From NCBI GenBank assembly GCA_030167865.1, contig JALAGF010004007.1, positions 1-38,531 of the forward strand: a DNA stretch of 38,531 nucleotides. Direction: 5' to 3'. This DNA is from Craspedostauros australis. Lineage: Eukaryota. Within the stretch, counting starts at the first letter, position 1. Each line of letters opens with the position of its first letter. Shown here piece after piece: positions 20,301 to 28,591 of the stretch. Made by a program: the position numbers and the translations under genes. The notes below the pieces were generated by a model, which was not told where the DNA came from, did no database searches, and worked only from the letters and a program-made list of their open reading frames with translations.

Positions 20301-21417
20301 AATCCGGCTGCCCTGCCTGTTCTTTCTTATCATCCTGCCTGGCCTGGCCGAGTTGTTGGCTGGACGCGTTGGCATCGGGTTCGTCGGTCCGCATCAACTT
20401 GCGCAGAATGGTTTCGTGGTTGGGATCATCCGATCGCACGGACGCAAGGAAGAGGCAGTTGTGGATGGACGCCTTTGGACTGAGGATGGTGGACAGCAGC
20501 AAATCGAGGGTGGGCTGCGTCATCCATTGGATGTCATCCATGTGCAAGACGAGAGGATGATCCAGCGCCTGCAGAAATGCCGCGAACAGATACCGCAGTC
20601 GATTCCATGCATTTTCCTTGGATCCTTGCTGGCGCGGCACATTGTTGGTCGAGGTTGTGGCGGACACATCCAGCGTCGACGCAGCGTCGCGGTTGGACAG
20701 GTCGATCGCGTGTTTGGCTTCGTTGCGCTGGCTGGTGTTGGCGTCGTTTTGGAGCGAATTGGATGACTCCTTGTGTTTTGGAGTGTTGGATGCGTGCACC
20801 GCCGGCGCCCCATGTGCGCTATGGTTGTTGTTCACATCACCTTGCGACTGCGACTGCTGCTGAAGTTGCACAGCAGTTGGTTGACTTTCAAAGAGCTTGG
20901 CAATGTTGGGAATCAACGAGGACAGCACAGCAAGTTCGTCGCCGATCGCTTGATGAATGCGGCGGATGGTGCTCGCCATGCTCTGCGGCTGATCGTCGAC
21001 GCGCTTTACGATGCAATCGACAAGATCCGCGAAGGCTTCCACGATGGCCGAGAATGGATCCGCATCCTGCAGCTGATCGAACTTGCCCGAGATGAAGTAG
21101 GGCGCCGACGCGTGCTGCTGCAATCTCGACTGGAACCTCCGAATCAACGTCGACTTGCCGGCGCCGGAGTAGCTGCTGACGATGGCGGCGATGGGCCGTT
21201 GCCGCGGGCGCATGGCGCGGTCGTAGGCATGCTGCAGCGTCTGCAATTCGCGCTGGCGTCCGTGGAACTGGACCTTGGTGAAGTCGAGGCGGTCGGCGAG
21301 GTCGTTCTCGTCCCGATCGTCACTGTCGGGGGTGGCATCGCGAGCGCCTTTGCGGTCGTCGTCGTAGTATCCGTCGTCGTAGAATTCGCGGCCTGGCAGG
21401 ATCACTGGTGGCGGCAT
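17398..21417 (-). CDS. STAND-class P-loop ATPase (AAA_16-like) with C-terminal TPR-like helical region
   Basis: FHGRQRELQTL, Walker A SYSGAGKS, SGKFDQ, Walker B LVLHMDDIQW, KTRGNVFF, YRFAHDKVQQAA and terminal YGEWGASGKVKHL. These motifs are typical of the ATPase module of bacterial Ser/Thr-kinase/ATPase/His-kinase proteins. Likely start is ATG 21417 (MPPPVILPG). Confidence 0.88.
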   Translation of the reverse strand: MPPPVILPGREFYDDGYYDDDRKGARDATPDSDDRDENDLADRLDFTKVQFHGRQRELQTLQHAYDRAMRPRQRPIAAIVSSYSGAGKSTLIRRFQSRLQQHASAPYFISGKFDQLQDADPFSAIVEAFADLVDCIVKRVDDQPQSMASTIRRIHQAIGDELAVLSSLIPNIAKLFESQPTAVQLQQQSQSQGDVNNNHSAHGAPAVHASNTPKHKESSNSLQNDANTSQRNEAKHAIDLSNRDAASTLDVSATTSTNNVPRQQGSKENAWNRLRYLFAAFLQALDHPLVLHMDDIQWMTQPTLDLLLSTILSPKASIHNCLFLASVRSDDPNHETILRKLMRTDEPDANASSQQLGQARQDDKKEQAGQPDSSHIVQIDLLNLSFEETGDLIADILSLTRTECESLTKAIYNKTRGNVFFTLQSLEELERIGVLFFSRMMFQWDWNIKSVAGLEAELSDNVLDAVMARIQCAPIKLQQILQLAAYTRNTIDVDTIRQLSSLAWDDDHAAASNSAPRNHESNASASPAALPSIDLQQEDELVKLLDLAVLERFLTNNVGSTIYRFAHDKVQQAACSLIPMGPQRDAFRVQLGRRLYMIGTNSGPPQMASSSNNNNDNQYQHFHQDTTDKDWCLFVASDHLNISREQLMRDEPLLLLDVNLRVGERASAVGAFDTAAKYLVHSLHVAKTLWPYTWGDNDEHYDLLLRLYRTAADVELWRGNFSEGYILCGEVMDHARCIDDRLPTNLTMGSSLGRQHKHKKAQQLYISCLREMDLYPRRMYALRLSRLHFASKRFFQTHTDDNILLMPQVQDPRLEIAMEVYLSAASQSYYCGEMMEYLMCSLQSLDILYRHGLTQHTAMSLSAYSLFLSQINEQEVATRVCDLSKKLLNASNAKHLEAKVLVSTTHMISAWKDPHADVLETYERGALAGFETGDFENGAMNKTARLHFAYSIGHSLSMLELAYSEVLEEMDYYCIDVVSRFSMAQFRIIQYLRGSGPTSQFPEDCSTIDWEVLARFGSQGTVAKGDTYVYIYEYTSRLELGVYYRNLEFALSMAKALKPLVTHDLGYISTVLRMFMGGLAHSGMFHATGQAKHRKKAKKISRSFQQMLRTRGANSQHRHALLEADINARITSNNTSTAEKAYDDAIQQAVRVGHVQDAALGSEVAGEFFLKHGHEELAARYLTQANYFYGEWGASGKVKHLAETRGAYIRSAITKNQITECTGYQFSNLRPDQRNSLRINTDTTSASISEMIHSNDSRTGSNGRSKGNSIDAEYFDSKAPGSVVIESKLEAKHSNPLPRDLDGISVLTDPTDHISTQASSNAVTATTSEAASLAATNDE

Positions 21418-22437
21418 GTTGTGGAGAATGTGGTGTGGAGAATGTGTTGTTGGATGTATTGTGCCAACTGACGAACGAGAGATGGAGTGGCTTGTCGAGG
21501 CCGACTCTGCTGAGATGTGATCAAGTGGATGGAGATGATGGGGCTTCCAACGCAACACGACGCAATAAAATGAAATTGAATGGAATGGACGAGACCTTGG
21601 GGACCGGGCCGATGTGCGTACCAATACTATGGATGCTGTTGGAGTGCTTCTGTGTTGTGGATTACTCTGCTCTGTTGTGCCTCCAAGTGATGATCGGTCG
21701 CTCTGCGAAGATGGAATTGTGCAAATGAAGCGACACATGAGCAAGATGACTGCCAGAGGTGGGTTTGCGTTGTGGTGTTTGTGCACGAATGCGAATCAAA
21801 CATCAAGGTGAAACGTCAGAGACGTTTTGGCTCGCCCTCGTGTGACCATGAATTCATGAATTAACCCGCGCTGTGTTGTTTTCTGTTATCATGAATAATT
21901 GAGATATACCGTTAAATTATATTCACATTTGTATTTCCAACTACTATGGGATACTGGGCAACATTGGAAATAACCAATTTGTCCATCCTATGTTATGAAC
22001 GAAAGGCTCATGGTGACTGGAACACGCGAACGCCATGACAGTAGAGAACGCAAGACAACCTCTTCGTTAAATGTACTGTCGCGTACTATGGCGAGCGTTT
22101 TTGACAATAGCAAGGTGGCTGACTGTGTGGCCGCTTGCTTTGGTGCCGTTTTCTCAAAGTGATTCTTCATTGGAATCGAAGGAATCCAAAGCAAGACTCA
22201 AGCTAACACAATGAACTATATTACATTATTATTGTTATTCTACCGGCAACTCCCAAGTCTCCAACCAACCATTTTCGTCGCAGACGTTGACGACAAGAGC
22301 GTTGTTTCCATCTTCCATCATCACGGAACTGCTGTTGTCTCTGTTCGACCTCTCTCACTCATTCTCAATTGCAAACAGCATCATCGGCGTCTGCGATCAT
22401 CTGGCACAAAGACGGCATTGTCCCAACTACCGTCACC

Positions 22438-23382
22438 ATGAAGATCTTTGGCACAAAGAAGAAGAGGAAGTCGACGGATGCACCGAAGGCCACGCCGCAG
22501 CGACAGGAGTTCAAGTCCGATCCGATCGTTGAGGAGCTGCTCAAGAAGGACGCGTCACAATGGAACTCCAAGGAACGTCGCATGATCAAGCGATATCAGG
22601 ATCGTCGCAAGGAGGAGTCCAAGGAGGATGAAACCCCCGCTGAATCTGGTGCGGAGGTCGAGACGCAGGAAGGTGGCGACGATAGCAACGGTGGGGGCAA
22701 CGACAATGGCGACAATAGCAACAGCGGGAGCAACGATGATGGTGACAATACCAATGATGCCGAGAACGTGACGAACACGGAACAGACGAATGACGCAGCA
22801 ACCAACAAAACGGATGAACAAGCTGATGCACCGGCTCCTGTCGCAACGGATGATGGCAAAGTGCCAAAGGACCACGAAGTGTGGGACATCATCGGCAAAC
22901 TGACATCCAAAATGAAGCGCACGCTGTCCCGAAAACTGGATCGACTCGGCGTTGAGGTTCTGGAGGAAGTCCTGGCGACCGCCAAGGCAGCGATGGAGCC
23001 TAGTGCCGCTGTAAAACGACCATGCGACGACACGACGACAGCACCAAAGAAGAAGAAAGCCAAGAAGGGCGACTGGAGCGCCTTGCCGCCGCAGGAACGA
23101 CTGCGACGTGAGGAACAGCGCCGCATGCAGAAGGAAGCGGCTGCGCGTCGCGAACGAGGCGAAGGCACGAAAGGATACAAGCATCCGCTCAATTCCGAAC
23201 GCCGCCGTGCCAATCGTCGCAAACCCAAGTACGGCAATCGCAATCGGGATGGTGGTAGCAAGGAGAACAACGATACGAGCAAGAACGATGCCGGTGATGG
23301 TGAGAATGGGTTTACGGAGTATCAGCGAGACCATCATTCGTCTGGATTCTTGCATCGCAAGCAGGTGAAGCAGCATCAATAA
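22438..23382 (+). CDS. Lys/Arg-rich hypothetical protein, probably nuclear or nucleolar
   Basis: ATG in caccATG context. NLS-like KKKRK and PKKKKAKK, an acidic N/D-rich spacer, and charged helical segments. Confidence 0.8.
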   Translation: MKIFGTKKKRKSTDAPKATPQRQEFKSDPIVEELLKKDASQWNSKERRMIKRYQDRRKEESKEDETPAESGAEVETQEGGDDSNGGGNDNGDNSNSGSNDDGDNTNDAENVTNTEQTNDAATNKTDEQADAPAPVATDDGKVPKDHEVWDIIGKLTSKMKRTLSRKLDRLGVEVLEEVLATAKAAMEPSAAVKRPCDDTTTAPKKKKAKKGDWSALPPQERLRREEQRRMQKEAAARRERGEGTKGYKHPLNSERRRANRRKPKYGNRNRDGGSKENNDTSKNDAGDGENGFTEYQRDHHSSGFLHRKQVKQHQ

Positions 23383-23872
23383 GAGGGAGCGATACGAACC
23401 AGACAGCGCGATGTGAGCAATGGTTGGTTATTCAATCTAGTGTACTATTATATGAGTAAAGTATAGTAGAATAGGAGAACGACCTCATTGTCGTACTGGG
23501 TCATCACACTCATGTTAATTGCGAGAGGCACCCGCACTCTACTAGCTATCATACAAAGGTAGAGACTCGTTCTCTACCGGAAGAGAGATGCGGAAACTTG
23601 CGTCCGTGGGACATCCGCGCCACCGCTTTTGGATCGTGGGGGCAGGGATGTTGCGATCTTGGTGGGAGTCGGTTGCGCAACGTTTTGGAGACACAGTTGG
23701 CGCTTTCTTGGTCGCTGGGCAAAGCAGGAGTCTCCGTCTTCCCAATCATAATTGTGCTAACGGTATTCATACTCGTGCACATACTCATCATCATACATAC
23801 ATTGTGCACATACTCATAGATGTACATTGTGCACATAATCTCAATTCCTCTACACCACCACCACACCACACC

Positions 23873-24550
23873 ATGCCACGCACCACCATCCTCCAACTGT
23901 TCCTCTTGCAACAAGCCGTGACCACCATCCACGCCAAAGGCGGCGGTCGGGGTGGTGGCGGGGGTGGTGGCGGGTTCTTCCGCAGCGGTCCAAATGGCGG
24001 CGCAAGCCCCGGCCCTCTCATGTGGGTGACGATCGTCATCGTCATCATCATGGTCCTCGTCATGATCGCTGTATTGATACGCTGCATGCGTAAGAAGACC
24101 TTTGCCCATCAAGTCCGCATGGCGCGCGATGAGATCTTGCAATCCTCACGTTCTGCCGTGCTACCCGCAGAAACGAACGGGCCTGTCGATGGAACGTACG
24201 AGGGGAAGGTGCAAGAATCGCAGACCCAATTGCATCTGACGTTCACTGCAGATCAGGATCAGACCTGGATGATCGCGGGCACCGTGACGGATGAGACGAA
24301 TGGCAAGATGGAAATTCTGGATGGATTGGTGGGATACGATGGTCGGGCCTATTGGGTTCAAGGTCGGGAGGATGTGGAGCATTCTCATGTTCTCGTGCAG
24401 GGCCAATTTGCGAGTAACGATGTCTTTCATGATGGACGGTGGGTGGCGAACAAGCAGGGCGGGACGCTGTTGACGGGGACGATGTCGACGATGTCATTGA
24501 AAGAGTCCAGCAGCAGCGGCGGCGATATCGAGGAGAGCGTGCAGAAATGA
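23873..24550 (+). CDS. Single-pass membrane protein of unknown function
   Basis: caccATG. Signal-like N-terminus, poly-Gly stretch, TM helix LMWVTIVIVIIMVLVMIAVLI followed by RCMRKK, then a beta-rich C-terminal domain. Confidence 0.78.
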   Translation: MPRTTILQLFLLQQAVTTIHAKGGGRGGGGGGGGFFRSGPNGGASPGPLMWVTIVIVIIMVLVMIAVLIRCMRKKTFAHQVRMARDEILQSSRSAVLPAETNGPVDGTYEGKVQESQTQLHLTFTADQDQTWMIAGTVTDETNGKMEILDGLVGYDGRAYWVQGREDVEHSHVLVQGQFASNDVFHDGRWVANKQGGTLLTGTMSTMSLKESSSSGGDIEESVQK

Positions 24551-24898
24551 TGTTTGAGACAAAGATGGCTGGGATTTTACGAGATGAACGAAAGCTCTGG
24601 TTAGATTTGGTTCGATCAGCTTCGTCATCGTGGTAGCTGTCGCAGCACTTGGTTGGGATGGCGTTCATGTCTCCCCAAGTATAGTCGTACAATACAAAAT
24701 ACATATAATAGAACAGTGGAGACTGTTGCCACGTGTTATTTGTCATCCAATCTATTCTACTCTGTTGCTGCACGGCGATGGTGTGATGCAAAGTGTTGTA
24801 GACAAAATGAAGCCATGCATGTCGTAGAGTCACTGTTTTCATTATGTATAGTCATCCCAATTCAGTCCAATCCAATTCAATTCACTGACACACCACGA

Positions 24899-26775
24899 TC
24901 ACTCCCAAGCACTATCTTCTTCGTCTTTCTCACCAGCATCATCATCCCATTGATCATCGCTGTTGGCTTCAGCGAGAAGGATCTGTGCTACGCGCGTCTT
25001 CTCCGCCTCCGTCAGATCCTCAAAGGTGGCATCCGGTGCGAGTTCTCCATTGTCCGCCAGGCGTTTCAGCGCCTTGGTCATCATCTCCTTCGTGATCTGA
25101 AGCTCGTACCCATCCGCTCTGCGCGTGACGTCGACGCCTTCTCGTCCTTTTGGATGCGGCAGATCGTCGCGTTTCATCAGTTCGAAGGAAGAAATGTGGG
25201 CCAGCTGACCTCCGCAGAGTTCGAGGACTGTATGACAATGGAATGGTATGATGTACGCAGTGGAGACAAGCATTCAGAGAAGGTGTCAGTACACGTGTAA
25301 GCACACGCGCACACGCACACACAACCATCCATTTCTTCATCACTCCATGCACAAACAGACAAAACGATCCTCGATCGCACTACAATTCAATGGGCGACAC
25401 AATTTAAAACACCAGTTCATGCACAACGCACACGACACAAACTCGTACCTTCATGCCACAGCGGCTTGGGAAGCGATATGCACTGCTTCAACGCGACGGA
25501 CCGCGCGCACGCCACAGGCTGCACCTTGCCCAACCGAATATCGATGTCCAATTGCGATTCATGAAATTCACACGAACCGACGAAGAACCGAAACTCCAAC
25601 GGCGTGTACTTGCCACTCAGCACGCCGTCGACAGCCGCCTGAAATCCTCCGCGATAGATGTTGGTGCCGGGGCTGATTTCGGTGGCGCCGTCCAAATCGG
25701 CAATACCGTGAATGAGTGTGGCGGGTTGATCCTGATTGCGATCGCCGCCGACGTAGACCGCGCACTCTTTGCCGAAGGCTTCGACAAACTGCTGCATCGT
25801 GACGCCGTCGGGTCCCATCGTGGGTTGTCGTTCGACGCCGTACAGGATCCATTCCGCCATCTGATCCGTCAGTTGCATACCGATGGGGCGGTTGATGACG
25901 AGCGTCGTGGCCGTGCCGGAATCCTGCGCGTATTCCAGCACCAAGCACACCTCCTGCCACGTCTGTTGATGATGGAGATACATCCTGAGCAGTTCCCATT
26001 GTTCCTCGCTGATCTGAGAACGATCGATCTGTCCGCTGTCGTCGACCATCGCGGACACCGTCTCCATGCGCTCTTCCGTGTAGCGTTGGGCATTCACGTA
26101 CCACTGCGATACGTCGAGGCCGTCGGCCGTGGCTTCAAAGGTGTTGGTGACTTGGAATTCGCCTTTCTCGGCCGTCAGGAGCTTGTGCAAGTTCTGACCG
26201 TTGATGGAATGCTTGTAGCTGCGGTACAGTTCCACTTCCAGTGGCAGACGCACGACGAGTCCTCCGATCTCGGGCTGTCGTCATGAATTCCAGGGTGGCG
26301 AGCGTTTGGAGAAAGATGAGAATAATGATGTGATTTTGCATGTGATCTTGTACGTGATGCAATGGTTGAACGCAATTGTTGAATGCAATGATTGAATACA
26401 ACTACCAACATATACACTATTCACGCAACTCACCGTGGACGTCTCGTGAGCCCAAACGCCGGTCAGATACTCTTCTGCCAACTTTTGATTCTGCGATTTC
26501 AACAAGTTTTCGTTGGCCTTCGACACCGACTTCGACTCCTCGGGCGATGCCAGGTTCTTGCGGAAGTTGCGCCAATCGCCCAAGGCATCATCGTTGATGT
26601 ATTCGTCGTCGTTGTCGTCGTCGTTGGCCGATTGGAAGAGCTGCGTCGACGTGTACTTGCGCATCGCAGGACGACAGTGTTTCTGTGGGCTGTTGGTGAC
26701 TTGGAATGCGGACGCTGCGGCGATGGCCATCGCGGTCGCAAGCATCCAGCGGCGTGCGATTGAAGATGAAGTCAT
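24899..26775 (-). CDS. DUF179/AlgH(YqgE)-like protein, predicted plastid-targeted, 3 exons (26775-26434, 26274-25449, 25227-24899)
   Basis: Intron 26433-26275 is GTGAGT..CAG, phase 0, joining HETST|PEIGGLVVR. Intron 25448-25228 is GTACGA..CAG, phase 1, joining PLWHE|VLELCGG. DUF179 motifs VCLVLE, LVINRP, VYVGG, IYRGG, FRFFVG and KPLWHEVLELCGG. Signal peptide ends AAASA|FQ. Confidence 0.88.
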
Positions 26776-27246
26776 CTTGGTGCTCTAGTTGTGATCTGCT
26801 TTTGGGATGGTTTGTTCCAATGGTATAGTAGTACAATTCTATGTACGTCTGGTTCAAGCAACTCTCGAGTTCAACGCCGTCAAGGATCGCACCTCGTGCT
26901 CCGATTGTGGCAGCCTCTGATTCTGATGGCTGTCTCCACGTTTTTGTGGAGAATCCAAGGAAGAAGGAAGAACCACGCAACAAGCCTTCGTTGTTGGCAT
27001 CAGCACATCTTCAATTCTGGCGGGGACGTCTGTCATTCGACCGCTATGAATATTCCAACCAACGTGATCGAGTCAGTCGTTTGTAGAAGATCGTGCTGTT
27101 GAAGAAAGACTTCAGTCTAACGTCAACTACTCCCGACACTCGTACTATTATTACCTCTCCAGAGATTATGAGCAACTTCTTCAGCCAACGTATCTCCCCA
27201 AACGCTCCTCCAAATTCCAAATTTCGTGTTATATGTACGACACTCG

Positions 27247-28188
27247 TCATCTCCTCGCAGCATTCGTCTTCGTCTCTTGCTTCGCGAGCATCCTCTGCTT
27301 CCGCCGCTTACTAAGCTCCCGCCGCTCCCGAAAGAACCCCCGCATCAACGCCGCGCTCTGCTCCTTCTGAATGTGCGGCACGACATCATCGATGGCATGC
27401 GTCGGATGCTTCGTGATATCGAGCAATCGGATGTAGCTTTCGATGGCTCCCAGCCGCAGATCGGGTGCGCCGTAGACGATGCGCGAGATGCGAAAGGCGT
27501 GGCATGCCGACAGGCACATGGGGCACGGTTCCAACGACGTGTACAGCGTCGTATTGAGCAATCTCCAATTGCGCAAGCGTCGTGCGGCGCCGCGCATGGC
27601 CAGGAGTTCGGCGTGGGCCGATGCGTCGTGGTAAGTTTCCATGCGATTCGATGCTGTGGACAGGATGCGGAAGACTTTGGCGTCATCGCCACCATGGATG
27701 TGAGGATGTTCGTCCTCGTTCAATTCCTTGACGACGATGGCGCCAATAGGAACTTCGTCCATGCGTCCTGCAAGCCGCGCTTGTTCCATTGCCTGGGTCA
27801 TGAAGTACTCATGGATGCTGGTGTCATTGTGGTAAGGGAGGTACGTGATCCTTCGATTGGATCTGTATTGTTGTGTGCTGCCATCGACTCTCGTCATTGT
27901 GCTTGCTTCTGTCACCGTTGACATTGGTGCGTGCGATGATGATGATGGCAACGATGATGGTAGTGTTGGTGTTTGTGGCGATGGAACAAAGACGAACACA
28001 TGATGCCGTGATCTGCCAATACGTTGGCGTTGCTGATCCATGACACGTCCAAGGAATCGTTTCGTGCTGTGCAGCTTCTGACCCAAGCTCCATGCACGGC
28101 AACCGCGAAGTCCATTCCAATCATTCAAAGCAAGAAGCAAAGCGATTATCGGTGATGCACGGATTGTGAAGTAGATATTTGCCGTCAT
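27247..28188 (-). CDS. tadA: tRNA adenosine(34) deaminase, bacterial TadA type, probably organelle-targeted
   Basis: FMTQAMEQA, EVPIGAIVV, SAHAE, NWRL..TLYTSLEPCPMC, RIVYGA and SAALMRGFFRERR. First ATG is at 28188 and is followed by a hydrophobic signal-like segment ending CRA|W. Confidence 0.92.
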   Translation of the reverse strand: MTANIYFTIRASPIIALLLALNDWNGLRGCRAWSLGQKLHSTKRFLGRVMDQQRQRIGRSRHHVFVFVPSPQTPTLPSSLPSSSSHAPMSTVTEASTMTRVDGSTQQYRSNRRITYLPYHNDTSIHEYFMTQAMEQARLAGRMDEVPIGAIVVKELNEDEHPHIHGGDDAKVFRILSTASNRMETYHDASAHAELLAMRGAARRLRNWRLLNTTLYTSLEPCPMCLSACHAFRISRIVYGAPDLRLGAIESYIRLLDITKHPTHAIDDVVPHIQKEQSAALMRGFFRERRELSKRRKQRMLAKQETKTNAARR

Positions 28189-28591
28189 GGTCGCATCCAA
28201 GTTGCACAGCGTATTGGTCCCTTCCACAGTTGATGGCGATGGCTGTGGCGGTGATGGGATCAATGTTGGTGGCTGTGTTGGTGGTGGTTCATGTGCGATG
28301 GGAGGGCGGGTCAATCCATCACGCGCCTCATCCGTTTGTCGTTGATGTGTGGTTGATTGGATGCGTTCGCCCAGTCTTTCCACGATTCGGAAAATGTCAA
28401 TGTCAAACTACGTACGACAAGAGTAGTTGTACTCATCGAGAATTGAGAGTAGAATTCCTGTATGGAACGTGACAACCTCTCTCCACAAATGCACGAGTAT
28501 AATCGAGGAAGCATTGATTCACTCTTGTTACTATGTGTCGGTACTCTAGAGTATCACTCAATGCTGAAGAATACACTCCAGTTCATCGCAT

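Noticed and set aside
15750..21417. Functional pairing of CK2-beta with the kinase-less STAND ATPase
   Set aside because: Only convergent adjacency supports it; predicted compartments differ and CK2-beta is not a catalytic kinase.
21418..21786. N-terminal 123-aa extension of the STAND ORF in the ORF track
   Set aside because: It begins at a non-ATG codon and has the H/S/P-rich composition of 5' UTR sequence. An in-frame upstream ATG exists (MCRF), but 21417 is the more plausible start.
25453..26286. 277-aa plus-strand ORF and similar antisense ORFs over other genes (e.g. 8043-8813, 18850-19593, 22555-23379)
   Set aside because: Antisense shadows of well-supported genes, caused by codon bias.
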